NCBI GenBank assembly: GCA_041665005.1 | Contig: JBAYJR010000001.1 | Coordinates: 4,727 to 68,726, forward strand | Reading direction: 5' to 3' | Length of the DNA: 64,000 nucleotides | Origin: Candidatus Buchananbacteria bacterium | GTDB taxonomy: Bacteria; Patescibacteriota; Patescibacteriia; 2-01-FULL-39-33; JBAYJR01 | Shown: in pieces, positions 1 through 9,440 of the stretch | How positions within the stretch are numbered: the first letter of the stretch is position 1 | How the letters are laid out: every line of letters starts with the position of its first letter | Made by a program: the position numbers and the translations under genes | The notes under the pieces: generated by a model | Seen by the model: only the letters and a program-made list of their open reading frames with translations | Databases searched by the model: none | Told to the model about the DNA's origin: nothing

Positions 1-2
1 AA

Positions 3-752
3 TTATTGCATCCGGGAGGCTTACAGCAAGTTGGCCAAGAGAAAGTTTTAAACAGTTTAATGGCCAAGCTTTATCAGTTGGTAACTAAAAAATTAATGGG
101 TAGTCCGGCGAAAGTAATTTTTCCTTCACAGTGGATTAAAGATTTGTTTGAGCAAAAAAAGTTTTTTCCCCAGTCAATTAAGTTAGTCTTACCCAATCCG
201 GTTAGCGCTGAATTATTAGCGGTTAAAACTAAGCGCGAGGCAAAAACGGTTAGCAGTTTAGAACTGTTTTACGCCGGGCAGATTGAAGCACACAAGGGGA
301 TTTTGTGGCTGGTGGAAGTTTTAAAAGATTTAAGTTTAGATTTTAGCTTAAAAATTGCCGGTCAGGGGACTAAAGTTCTGGCGTTACAAAAAATTATAGC
401 CCAAGATCCGCGGTTTATTTATTTAGGGTTGCAAAATCAATCACAAATTTTTCAAGCTTATCAGCAAGCTGATTTTACCATCGTGCCGTCATTAGTTTAT
501 GAAAGTTATTCTTTGGCAACGGCTGAATCGTTAATTTTGGGCACCCCGGTAATTGGCGTTAATTTGGGCGGAATCGCCGAACTGGTGTTAGACACCAGGA
601 ATGGTTTTTTGTATGTCCCAGGGTCAAAATTAAGCTTTGTAGGGGCCTTAGAAAAGGCCAAAATAGCCGACTGGTTGGCGTTGAGCCAGCAGGCTCAGGT
701 TTCGGTTAAAATGGTCAAAATTGAGGATTATGTAAAACAGGTTTTAAGTTAA
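3..752 (+). CDS. Glycosyltransferase family 1, C-terminal part; 5' end lies upstream of the window
   Basis: ORF is open to the window edge; GT1 C-terminal signature ESYSLATAESLILGTPVIGVNLGGIAELV; followed by hairpin terminator 791-832. Confidence 0.7.
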   Translation, partial: LLHPGGLQQVGQEKVLNSLMAKLYQLVTKKLMGSPAKVIFPSQWIKDLFEQKKFFPQSIKLVLPNPVSAELLAVKTKREAKTVSSLELFYAGQIEAHKGILWLVEVLKDLSLDFSLKIAGQGTKVLALQKIIAQDPRFIYLGLQNQSQIFQAYQQADFTIVPSLVYESYSLATAESLILGTPVIGVNLGGIAELVLDTRNGFLYVPGSKLSFVGALEKAKIADWLALSQQAQVSVKMVKIEDYVKQVLS

Positions 753-790
753 AATTCTAGCTGTTTTTTGGTTTATTATTTTATAAAAAG

Positions 791-832
791 AAAAACCCAC
801 GAAGTTTAAACTTCGTGGGTTTGTTGTTTTTT
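791..832. terminator. Bidirectional intrinsic terminator
   Basis: aaaaacccacgaag-tttaaa-cttcgtgggtttgttgtttttt. Confidence 0.7.
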
Positions 833-880
833 GTTTAAGCATTTTAGCATGGTGTGGTACTAAAAGCTTATTTTTTAAGT

Positions 881-1315
881 TTAGCTTTGGGGATTATCGT
901 AGTTTATTACGAGATAATTTTTCCCCAGTCCGGCGCGAATATAATAGTATAACGCGCGGACTTCAACTACCTTTTCTCCCTGTATGGTCAGGGAGTATTC
1001 GTTTTTGTTGCTGTTGTCAAGGATTCCTGTGGCTCCCCCTAGAGTATATAAACCTCGGGTTCGGGGAGGATTGTCTGCAAAGTTATCCTGAATACTCAAA
1101 CCGGAGATGTGTTTTTTTAAAACTTCTGGGACAGGTTTTTGTGGGTCAATGTCAGTATACCATCCCTTGCCCTGGCTAATGGCCGAGTTTCTTTCATTCC
1201 ATATGGAAATTTGGCCTCCGTTTCCGCTTTCAATTTTAAATTTGTCTTCGTGTGCGGTTTTGGTAACCGTTTTTTCATTGAGTATTCCTGGTTTCAAATA
1301 GACTCTTTCTGACAT
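881..1315 (-). CDS. Hypothetical protein (about 144 aa)
   Basis: ATG at 1315 (MSERVYL...) preceded by GGAGAAAAC RBS; the longer in-frame extension to 1432 lacks an RBS. Confidence 0.5.
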   Translation of the reverse strand: MSERVYLKPGILNEKTVTKTAHEDKFKIESGNGGQISIWNERNSAISQGKGWYTDIDPQKPVPEVLKKHISGLSIQDNFADNPPRTRGLYTLGGATGILDNSNKNEYSLTIQGEKVVEVRALYYYIRAGLGKNYLVINYDNPQS

Positions 1316-1552
1316 GTTTTCTCCTTTTTCGTCCCGGTTTGATTTGCACTCCAATTTTTTTGGAGTTGCAGGCCGTGGTACGATTGGAAATAGTTTTTGT
1401 AATGGACTATTGCTAACACACCTTAGCAACAAAATATCGTAGCATATTTATGGTTTTTTGTCAAGAGTATTAATTCGTTAGCCCAGGTTAAACCTTGACT
1501 TTTTTAATATTTTGTGCTAGGCTGTAGGAAAATAAACAGGGGGATTAGTCTG

Positions 1553-2047
1553 ATGGCAGAACTAAAAAGTTTTAAACAAAAGTTCGATGAGGCCGAACAG
1601 CAACGGCTTGAAAATAAAATTAATTTAGAAATTCAGCGAAACTTTAATCCAGCTGACGCTGAAAGTTTTTTTACTTTCTGGAGTTACCTTGAGGTGACAC
1701 AGAGAGCCGAAGAAAAAATATTAGTTGATTCGGAATATCTGTTGCGGTTAGTCATTTTTAGTTTAGTCGCAACAGTGGGCTTGTTTTTTTGTAGATTTGG
1801 TCAGTCGTTGGTGGCGGTGGCGGCGCTTTGGAGCTGGATCGCGACCGGAAAAAAACTTCTTCTGTTTGGTAAGAATTCAAAATATTTTTACCAAGCCAGG
1901 AAAACTTTGTTAGAGGTAATTGACAAAGATCCTGAACACAACAAGGCTATTATGCTAAAAGCTAGAAAGATTTTTTTAGAATATAAGGCAATCTGGCCAG
2001 AAGAGATTTTGTCAGAAGGCGATTTGCGAAGTAAAGCAGGAAAATAA
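1553..2047 (+). CDS. Hypothetical protein with a central hydrophobic segment
   Basis: ATG at 1553 (MAELKSF) preceded by GGGGGA; the track's upstream GTG start has no RBS. Confidence 0.45.
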   Translation: MAELKSFKQKFDEAEQQRLENKINLEIQRNFNPADAESFFTFWSYLEVTQRAEEKILVDSEYLLRLVIFSLVATVGLFFCRFGQSLVAVAALWSWIATGKKLLLFGKNSKYFYQARKTLLEVIDKDPEHNKAIMLKARKIFLEYKAIWPEEILSEGDLRSKAGK

Positions 2048-2179
2048 TTTCCTGCTTTTTTTATTAATTTAAAACAATTAAATTGAGGTGGATTTGATAT
2101 TGAAGTAGGCTATTTAGACTTGACAATTTGGGTTTATCGTGCTAGAGTAATTTGATAGTAAAAATTTTAGGAGGAATAT

Positions 2180-2707
2180 TTGATGAATATTCTATTTATT
2201 CCGGTTTGTGAAGCTAGTCCACCAGAAAATTTGGCGGGCACGGAAAATTTAAGGAGATTGAAAACCGGGTTGCGACTTTATCAATCCGGCGGATATGAGT
2301 TTATTTTACTCAGCGGTGGTGGTGGCACTATTGTTGAGTGGCCAAGTACACGTTTAATGCAGCGGTATTTGGTCAGGAATGGCGTGCCGAGCGATAAAAT
2401 TATTGTTGAGCAATGCTCGGTCACGACCTTTGAGAACGTAGAGTTTTCCTTACAAATTTTGCGGGAGGAATTTCCCGGTAAGGAAATTTGGCTGACGGTA
2501 GTCAGTCAATGGCAGCACACGTTACGGTTTTGGCTGACCTTGCGGGCTTATGAGGTTAAGTTCATAATTTGCCCCCAACCAAGCCAAGTGTCTGGTTGGC
2601 AAACTTTAGGAGAGTGGGCTTACCTGGTTTACACCTGGTATGATCCTACGGGGAGGAAATATTTCGCCAAATGGGGCGCCAAAAGGCGTCGCCAGAAGCG
2701 CCGGTAA
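2180..2707 (+). CDS. DUF218 (YdcF/SanA/ElyC-like) domain protein
   Basis: LLSGGGG motif and overall DUF218 pattern; RBS AGGAGG; sigma70-like promoter TTGACA-17-TAGAGT at 2120-2148. Confidence 0.55.
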   Translation: MMNILFIPVCEASPPENLAGTENLRRLKTGLRLYQSGGYEFILLSGGGGTIVEWPSTRLMQRYLVRNGVPSDKIIVEQCSVTTFENVEFSLQILREEFPGKEIWLTVVSQWQHTLRFWLTLRAYEVKFIICPQPSQVSGWQTLGEWAYLVYTWYDPTGRKYFAKWGAKRRRQKRR

Positions 2708-2793
2708 GAGTTAGGGCTAGTTATTAAAACTAGCCCTTTTATTTTTGGTGAAAATTTGGTAAACTAAAGAGGATTTAAAGCTAAATTTAATTT

Positions 2794-3834
2794 ATGGATT
2801 TTGGTACAATTTTATTAATTTTTTTAGTGCTAGCCGGTTTTGCAGCGGTAATTTTAGTGTTGAACAAAAAAAATACTCAGCCAGAAAACACGCAAGGTAT
2901 GACGATGTTGCAAAATCAGCTTAACGAATTGCATCGGGTGGTAGATAACAAATTAAGCGAATCGCATCGTAGCTTACAGCAACAGTTTGGCCAGAGTTTA
3001 AAAATTGTGCAAGATGTGACTGAGAAGTTAACTAAATTAGATGAAACCAACAAGCAAGTTATTTCTTTTGCCGATCAACTACAACAACTGCAAAATATTT
3101 TAAAAAATCCCAAACAACGGGGAGTCTTGGGTGAATATTATTTAGAAACCTTATTAAAAAATGTCCTGCCGCCCGGCAGTTATCAAATGCAGTATCCATT
3201 TAAGGACGGCACGATTGTAGATGCAATAGTTAGAGTAAAAGATAAAGTTATCCCGATTGATTCTAAATTTTCGTTGGAAAATTATAATCGTTTAGTGGAA
3301 GAACGTAACGAAACGGAACGGGCCAGGTTAGAAAAATCTTTTGTGAATGATTTAAAGTTGCGTATTACCGAAACGGCTAAATATATTCAGCCGTCGCAAG
3401 GCACCACGGACTTTGCTTTTATGTTTATTCCGCACGAAGCCATTTACTATGATTTGATTGTTAATAAAATTGGGGCGCTAAAAGATGAAGATACGGAAAA
3501 TTTAATTCAGCGCGCGGCCGGTAAATACAAAGTGATTATTGTTTCGCCCACCTCTTTTTTGGCTTATTTACAGACGGTACTGCAGGGTTTGCGGGCAATG
3601 CAAATTGAAGAATCAGCCAAAGAAATTCGCCAGCGGGTGGAACAATTAGGTAAGCACTTATTAAACTATGATGATTATTTTTCTAAATTAGGCACGCAGT
3701 TGGGCACCACGGTTAATACTTACAACGCCGCTTATAAGGAATTTATGAAAATTGAAAAAGACGTGGTAAAAATCGCCGGTGGCGAAACGCAGCTAGAAAT
3801 AAAGGTTTTGGACAAACCAAACATTGAGCCTTGA
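2794..3834 (+). CDS. rmuC: DNA recombination protein RmuC
   Basis: N-terminal TM, long coiled-coil region, C-terminal RmuC-like block FMFIPHEAIYYDL ... VSPTSFLAYL. Confidence 0.7.
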   Translation: MDFGTILLIFLVLAGFAAVILVLNKKNTQPENTQGMTMLQNQLNELHRVVDNKLSESHRSLQQQFGQSLKIVQDVTEKLTKLDETNKQVISFADQLQQLQNILKNPKQRGVLGEYYLETLLKNVLPPGSYQMQYPFKDGTIVDAIVRVKDKVIPIDSKFSLENYNRLVEERNETERARLEKSFVNDLKLRITETAKYIQPSQGTTDFAFMFIPHEAIYYDLIVNKIGALKDEDTENLIQRAAGKYKVIIVSPTSFLAYLQTVLQGLRAMQIEESAKEIRQRVEQLGKHLLNYDDYFSKLGTQLGTTVNTYNAAYKEFMKIEKDVVKIAGGETQLEIKVLDKPNIEP

Positions 3835-4142
3835 CAATTTTTTTAAAATAATTTACTATTAATTTAGTTAGCCTATTCCAGTTTTGGACAGGCCACAGAT
3901 AGCGTTGCTTTATAGTGACCCACTGTCTCAGCATGGAGTAATCCATGGAACTGGGTTTATTGAGTAAAATGGCATATAAAATAAGTGATCGAAGGCTAGA
4001 GAAATACTATATTGCTAAGCCCGAGATGTCGTATTTAAGGCCGGCCCTCTCACCAACCGTTTAGACGGTTGGTTTTATTTTTCAGAATAAAACACATAAT
4101 TTCTGCCATATTTAGATTTTTTATGGTAAAATAGAGGTAGTT

Positions 4143-7142
4143 ATGAATAGTAGTTTGCTAAAAGATTTAAATGCCGAACAGCAACAGGCTGTCACTTATG
4201 GTGACGGTCCTTTGTTATTGGTTTCGGGCGCCGGTACTGGTAAAACCACTGTAATTACTCGGCGGCTAGCTTATTTAATTTTGGTTAAGCACGTGCCAAC
4301 TACTGACATCTTAGCCCTGACTTTTACCGACAAGGCCGCCGCCGAAATGGAAGAGCGGGTGGACAAATTAATGCCTTACGGTTATTTGGATATTGCTATT
4401 GGTACTTTTCACGCTTGGTGCGAAAAGTTATTGCAAGATTATGGTTTGGAAATTGGCCTGCCAAATAATTTTAAGTTATTAAATACTACTGAGCAGTGGT
4501 TATTGGTGCGACAAAATTTAGCCAAGTTTAAATTAGATTATTATCGGCCGCTAGGTAATCCTATTCGGTTTATTCACGAACTAATTAAACATTTTTCTCG
4601 CTTGAAAGATGAAAACATTACGCCAGAGCAATATTTGGCCTATGCCGAAAATTTAAAGCTTAATGCCGATTCGGCGGATTTTATTAAAGAATTGATTGAC
4701 GACGAGACGCGCGCCAGTTTGACGGAGTCAGAATTAAAAGAATTATCAACGCAAGAAATTAAAAAAGTTGAGGAAGTGGCCAATGCTTACCACCTTTATC
4801 AGCAATTATTACTAGACAACCAGGCCTTGGATTTTGGCGATTTAATTACCTACAGCTTGCGCCTACTTAAAGCCCGGCCTAAGATTTTAGCTAAGTTAAG
4901 AAAGAAATATCAATATATTCTGGTGGACGAATTTCAGGATACTAATTTAGCGCAATATGATTTGATTAAGTTGTTGGCTACGCCGCGTAATAATCTGACG
5001 GTTTGTGGTGATGATGATCAATCAGTTTATAAATTTCGCGGGGCGGCGATTTCTAACGTTTTACATTTTATGGATGATTTTCCCGCCGCGACTAAGATTT
5101 TTTTAACCAAAAATTATCGTTCGGCGCAAAATATTTTAGATTTGGCTCATGCTTTTATTAAACAAAACGATCCTAATCGTTTGGAATATAAATTGGCTCA
5201 AGGAAAAGCTACACCTAAAAAATTGACCGCACAAATAAAAGCGGACGGCGAAATTTTACATTTACACGCGGCCACTGCCGAACAGGAAGTAAACGCGGTT
5301 TTGAGCAAAATCGCGGAATTAAAAATATCAGACCCCAGTTGTAATTGGAGCGATTTTGCCATTTTGGTGCGCGCCAATGATACTGCCAGTTTATTTATTT
5401 ATGCCTTGGAAAAAAATGAATTGCCTTACCAATTTGTGGCCTCACGGGGTTTATATAGTAAGCCAATTATTTTGGATATTTTAGCTTATTTAAAGTTGTT
5501 GGATAATTATCATGAAGGCCCGGCGCTGTATCGGGTGTTACGTTGGCCGCAGTTTAATTTATCCACGGCCGCCTTGATGAATTTAAGTTATTGGTCCCAG
5601 CGCAAAAGTCAGTCGCTGTATGAAACCTTAAAGCAGGCGGCCGCCGTACCGCAATTGCCCGAAGAAGAAATTGGTGAAGTTAATAAATTATTAGCCTTGA
5701 TTGAAAAACATTCGCAATTAACCAAAACCAAAGCGGTCAGCGAGGTGATTTTAACTTTTTTAGAGGATACAGGTTACCTAAAAGAATTAACCAGGCTTGA
5801 AAATGTTAAATCAGTGGAAGCGGCGGCTCAGTTAGAACAGTTTTATAAAAAAATTAGAGATTGGGAAAGTGCCGCGGCGGAAAAAACGGTGCACAATTTT
5901 TTACAGCTGATTGAGTTTGAATTAGAGGCGGGTGAAGCCGGCGCTTTAAAGCCGTCCACTCAAGCGGGACCGGAAGCGATTAAAGTAATGACCGTGCATG
6001 CCGCTAAAGGCTTGGAATTTAAATATGTCTTTATTGTTAGTTTGGTTGATCGACGGTTTCCGGCCAGTGAACGCAGTGAGGCAATTGAGATACCTAGTAG
6101 TTTGGTTAAGGAACAGTTACCGGTGGGCGATACTCATTTAGAAGAGGAACGGCGGTTATTCTATGTGGCGATGACTCGAGCTAAACAAGGTTTGTATTTA
6201 ACCAGTGCCCAAGATTATGGTGGCGCGCGGGCTAAAAAGTTGTCACGTTTTTTGAATGAATTAGAACCATTGGGATTAAAATTAGCTCCGGCCAAAGAAA
6301 CGGCCGTAGCAAACTTAGAAAATATTTCGGTCAGCGCCGAAGATTGGTCCGAGTTTGTCCCGCAAAAATTTTCTTTTACCCAATTAAAAGCCTTTGAGGC
6401 CTGTCCTTATCAGTATCGTTTTGCTCATTTGTTGCGAATTCCGGTTAAAGGTAAGGCGGTTTTTTCTTTTGGTAAAACCTTGCATAACACTTTGCAAAAG
6501 TTTTTTGTTTTGGTCCAAGAAAGATCCAGTGTGGTTCAGCCAAGTTTATTAGGGGAAAGCCAAGCGGTGGCCGGTAAAATAGTTACTCTGGAGGAATTGC
6601 AGGATTTATATGAACAAAGTTGGCAAGGGGATTGGTTTGAAAGTCCGGAACAAAAAGTTGAATATTTAGCCAAAGGTAGAAGTATTTTAAAAAATTTTTA
6701 TCAATCGCTGGGTGAAAAATTCCCAGTCCCGCTTTATTTGGAATATCCGTTCAATTTAAAAATTTCCGATGGCCAAGATTATACTATTAAAGGAGTAATT
6801 GATCGAGTAGATGAAGAGGCCGGTCAATTAGTGTTGATTGATTATAAAACTGGAACGGCCAAAAATCCTAGTAAATTAACCTTGGAAGACAAAGAACAGC
6901 TGTTAATTTATCAAATCGCGGCTGAAGAAATTTTTGACCGGCCCGTCCAGAAGCTGTATTATTACTATTTAGAAGGTGATCTTAAGGCGGAGTTCTTGGG
7001 CACGGCCAAAGAATTGGAGAAAGTAAAGAATAAAGTGATTAAAACGATTGAAGAAATTAGGCGAGGAAAATTTTTACCCACCCCCGGTCGAATTTGTAAG
7101 TTTTGTGATTTTAAAAACATCTGTGAATTTAGAGTTAATTAA
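4143..7142 (+). CDS. UvrD/PcrA-family ATP-dependent helicase fused to a C-terminal PD-(D/E)xK, Cas4/AddB-like nuclease domain
   Basis: Walker A GAGTGKT, DExQD-like VDEFQDTN, helicase motif VI-like VAMTRAK; C-terminus has IDRVDEE ... LIDYKTG and a Cys cluster (ACPY ... CKFCDFKNIC) typical of Cas4-like FeS nucleases. Confidence 0.85.
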   Translation: MNSSLLKDLNAEQQQAVTYGDGPLLLVSGAGTGKTTVITRRLAYLILVKHVPTTDILALTFTDKAAAEMEERVDKLMPYGYLDIAIGTFHAWCEKLLQDYGLEIGLPNNFKLLNTTEQWLLVRQNLAKFKLDYYRPLGNPIRFIHELIKHFSRLKDENITPEQYLAYAENLKLNADSADFIKELIDDETRASLTESELKELSTQEIKKVEEVANAYHLYQQLLLDNQALDFGDLITYSLRLLKARPKILAKLRKKYQYILVDEFQDTNLAQYDLIKLLATPRNNLTVCGDDDQSVYKFRGAAISNVLHFMDDFPAATKIFLTKNYRSAQNILDLAHAFIKQNDPNRLEYKLAQGKATPKKLTAQIKADGEILHLHAATAEQEVNAVLSKIAELKISDPSCNWSDFAILVRANDTASLFIYALEKNELPYQFVASRGLYSKPIILDILAYLKLLDNYHEGPALYRVLRWPQFNLSTAALMNLSYWSQRKSQSLYETLKQAAAVPQLPEEEIGEVNKLLALIEKHSQLTKTKAVSEVILTFLEDTGYLKELTRLENVKSVEAAAQLEQFYKKIRDWESAAAEKTVHNFLQLIEFELEAGEAGALKPSTQAGPEAIKVMTVHAAKGLEFKYVFIVSLVDRRFPASERSEAIEIPSSLVKEQLPVGDTHLEEERRLFYVAMTRAKQGLYLTSAQDYGGARAKKLSRFLNELEPLGLKLAPAKETAVANLENISVSAEDWSEFVPQKFSFTQLKAFEACPYQYRFAHLLRIPVKGKAVFSFGKTLHNTLQKFFVLVQERSSVVQPSLLGESQAVAGKIVTLEELQDLYEQSWQGDWFESPEQKVEYLAKGRSILKNFYQSLGEKFPVPLYLEYPFNLKISDGQDYTIKGVIDRVDEEAGQLVLIDYKTGTAKNPSKLTLEDKEQLLIYQIAAEEIFDRPVQKLYYYYLEGDLKAEFLGTAKELEKVKNKVIKTIEEIRRGKFLPTPGRICKFCDFKNICEFRVN

Positions 7143-7181
7143 AAAAACTTTTTAACTTTATACTTTTTACTTGATAACTAA

Positions 7182-7478
7182 ATGTCAATGCACCAGCTAA
7201 AAGATTTATTGCAACGCTCCGTTAATCGAGCGGGAATTTCTAAAGAAGTGGAAGCTTCTTTGATTTGTGAAAAATTTTTGGAAGTGGTTAAAGAAACGTT
7301 TGGCGCGGCTTGGCAAAAAAATTGTAAGCCGCTTTATGTTAAAAATAATACGATTACGGTGGCTTGTTTAAACAACGTCGTGGCCCAAGAAATAAAATTA
7401 CGGGAAAAAGTTTTGCTGGCTAGTTTAGAAAAAATTTTAAAAAAGAAAAGCGTAGAAAGGATTAGGTTTGTAATTTAG
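7182..7478 (+). CDS. DUF721 (DciA-like) small protein
   Basis: About 98 aa with the typical W..NCKPLYVKNNTITVACLNNVVAQEIKL pattern of the DUF721 family. Confidence 0.5.
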   Translation: MSMHQLKDLLQRSVNRAGISKEVEASLICEKFLEVVKETFGAAWQKNCKPLYVKNNTITVACLNNVVAQEIKLREKVLLASLEKILKKKSVERIRFVI

Positions 7479-7493
7479 TAAAGAAGTCAAAAA

Positions 7494-7583
7494 GTGTAAA
7501 GTGTAAAGTGTAAAGTGTAAAGTGTAAAGTGTAAAGTGTAAAGTGTAAAGTGTAAAGTGTAAAGTGTAAAGTGTAAAGTGTAA
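7494..7583. repeat. Perfect heptanucleotide microsatellite (GTGTAAA)x about 12.7
   Basis: Read directly in the sequence, immediately upstream of the four-helix-bundle gene. Confidence 0.95.
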
Positions 7584-7588
7584 AAGTA

Positions 7589-7933
7589 ATGAGGATTGAA
7601 AAATTTGAAGATATTTATGCCTGGCAAAAGGGGAGACAACTAGTAATTGAAGTTTATCGGTTAACGGAGGATAGTCGGGATTATTCTTTTAGAGATCAAT
7701 TAAGGCGGGCCAGTATTTCTGTTATGAACAATATTGCCGAAGGCTTTGAACGAAATACTAATCAGGAATTTAAACATTTTTTGTACATTGCCAAAGGCTC
7801 GTGTGGTGAGGTAAGATCGATGTTGTATTTGACTTTAGAGTTTAATTATTTTACCACTGAGCAGTTTAATAAAGTGTATAGTTTGTCAGTCGAAATTTCT
7901 AGGTTACTGGCTGGTTTAATAAAATCCTTATAG
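7589..7933 (+). CDS. Four-helix-bundle protein of the 23S rRNA intervening-sequence protein family (PF05635/TIGR02436-like)
   Basis: Hallmark block FRDQLRRASISVMNNIAEGFERNTNQEFKHFLYIAKGSCGEVRSMLYL. Confidence 0.85.
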   Translation: MRIEKFEDIYAWQKGRQLVIEVYRLTEDSRDYSFRDQLRRASISVMNNIAEGFERNTNQEFKHFLYIAKGSCGEVRSMLYLTLEFNYFTTEQFNKVYSLSVEISRLLAGLIKSL

Positions 7934-7935
7934 TT

Positions 7936-8004
7936 TTTACGCTCTTTACTTTTTACTTTCTATTTTTAACTATTTAATTTTTAATTTTTAATTTTTAAAT
8001 TTAT
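7936..8004. repeat. AT-rich imperfect tandem repeat (TTTTACT / TTTTTAA units)
   Basis: tttttacgctctttactttttactttctatttttaactatttaatttttaatttttaatttttaaatttat; loosely inverse-like to the upstream GTGTAAA repeat. Confidence 0.7.
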
Positions 8005-8163
8005 ATGCGTGATCATGCTCGGGGCAAGTCAAACAAAAAAGTAGTGGGTTATCGAACGCCGTCTCGCTTTAAAGTGGTGGGTCCGCAGGCCAATCAACGC
8101 GAACAAGGACATTTTAGTCGGCCAACCGAAGCCCAACGGAGCCGCGCTTTTAAGGCTAAATAA
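8005..8163 (+). CDS. Possible small, highly basic protein (52 aa; MRDHARGKSNKKVVGYRTPSRFKVVGPQANQREQGHFSRPTEAQRSRAFKAK)
   Basis: ORF shorter than the track cutoff, translated by hand; start context AAATTTATATG matches many genes in this window; higher GC than the flanks; ends at a shared hairpin terminator at 8162-8195. Confidence 0.3.
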   Translation: MRDHARGKSNKKVVGYRTPSRFKVVGPQANQREQGHFSRPTEAQRSRAFKAK

Positions 8164-8177
8164 AAAAACCGCAAATT

Positions 8178-8855
8178 TTAAAATTTGCGGTTAGTAGCTA
8201 AAGGTTTTTCGGTTAGTTTTTTTCTGTCGCTGATAATTTTATCCAGACCAACACACTGGATATTTTTTTGTTTCAACCAAGCTAGTAGGTCCGGCAAATA
8301 ATTCAAAGTTTCTGTTTGGTCGTGCAGTAAAATTATTGACGGCCAAGTCAGCTCGGCTAACTGGCTAGTAACACAAGCCAGGGCTTTTTCTGGTTTTTGC
8401 CAGTCGCGACTATCTACTTGCCAAGTAACTGTTTGATAGCCTAAGCGGTCAAGGGTTAGTTGGTTAGCCCCGTTATACCGACCAGCGGGCGGCCGGAAAT
8501 AAATTGGTTTGGTGCCAAAATATTCCTGGCAGAGTTTTTCGGTGGTGGTAATTTGACTAACTAATTGTTGGTCCGTTAGTTTGGTAATATTGGGGTGATC
8601 AAAAGTGTGGTTGCCGATCAGACAATTATTAGCTAATGCTTGTTGCAAAGCCGAATAATACTTAGGTAATTGTTCGCCGATAACAAAAAAGGTTACGGAA
8701 CAAGAATTTGCGGCCAAAGTTGAAACAATGGCCTGGGTATTAATTGTTGGCGCGTCATCAATTGTTATGGCTACTTCCGTTGGCCAGGCTAATAAAGCCT
8801 GGTTTGTTAATAAACTTAACCCCAAATAGAGCCCCAGTAGTGTTTTTTTGGTCAT
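8178..8855 (-). CDS. Polysaccharide deacetylase (NodB homology domain), secreted
   Basis: N-terminal signal peptide; TIDDAP and HTFDHP motifs of the NodB/CE4 family. Confidence 0.8.
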   Translation of the reverse strand: MTKKTLLGLYLGLSLLTNQALLAWPTEVAITIDDAPTINTQAIVSTLAANSCSVTFFVIGEQLPKYYSALQQALANNCLIGNHTFDHPNITKLTDQQLVSQITTTEKLCQEYFGTKPIYFRPPAGRYNGANQLTLDRLGYQTVTWQVDSRDWQKPEKALACVTSQLAELTWPSIILLHDQTETLNYLPDLLAWLKQKNIQCVGLDKIISDRKKLTEKPLATNRKF

Positions 8856-8983
8856 GATTTATCCCTCCTAAATAGTATTGAGCAGTTTAGCATATTCGGG
8901 GGTTTTAGCAAGGGGATGGAGTTTAAATATTGGTAATAAATAATTAATTTTGGCTTAAATAAGCCAATATATAAGAATGACAC

Positions 8984-9012
8984 TTGACAAGATTTTGAAT
9001 ATGTGATATACT
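8984..9012 (+). promoter_or_regulatory. Sigma70-like promoter, TTGACA-17-TGaTATACT (extended -10)
   Basis: TTGACA at 8984-8989, 17 nt spacer, TGATATACT at 9004-9012; no CDS follows, only a structured region. Confidence 0.5.
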
Positions 9013-9018
9013 GTAATA

Positions 9019-9225
9019 TTACGATAAGAAATCGTAATTAGCAGTTAAAATTGTTTTTTACAAAATTTAATCAAAATTCTCTGAGGAGAGAGTTTTTATT
9101 GTCATTGCGAGGCTGTTTGCCGTGGCGATCTTTAGCTAGTCTAAAGATTTGTTTCACCCCGTTTAAACGTGGCTTGCAATGACAAAATAAAAAACTCTCC
9201 ATTAGGTGAGTTTTTTTGTTTAATG
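9019..9225 (+). ncRNA. Candidate small RNA: 5' hairpin, then a long near-perfect stem of about 24 bp enclosing about 75 nt with internal hairpins, then a U-tract
   Basis: Hairpin attacgat-aagaa-atcgtaat at 9019-9040; arms GGAGAGAGTTTTTATTGTCATTGC (9076-9099) and GCAATGACAAAATAAAAAACTCTCC (9176-9201); inner hairpin atctttag-ctagt-ctaaagat; T7 tract at 9212-9218. Confidence 0.35.
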
Positions 9226-9440
9226 CTAGCCGCAGTGTTGTTGAGAATCAAGTTCTAAAACAGGGAGAAAAACACATTATGTTATATTAGAGCCCGAAAG
9301 TTTTTCATCAGGTATCCTCAATAACACCGTGGCCAGCCAGATTCATTAAACTGACCATTGGCTAATCGGCGACCAGACCCCAACCTGCCTATTGGTTTCC
9401 ATTTAAAGGCTGGAAAAACTTTGTTTTAAGTTTAAAAACT

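Noticed and set aside
3743-3946. 67 aa minus-strand ORF overlapping the rmuC 3' end
   Set aside because: Antisense overlap, no RBS.
7494-7583. Possible CRISPR array (short tandem repeats)
   Set aside because: The 7 nt units are contiguous with no spacers, so this is a microsatellite. No cas genes in the window.
8005-8163. Assignment of the 52 aa basic ORF to a specific small ribosomal protein (L28, L33, L34, L35, S21)
   Set aside because: Compared from memory with consensus sequences of these families. No convincing match. Kept only as a possible basic small protein.
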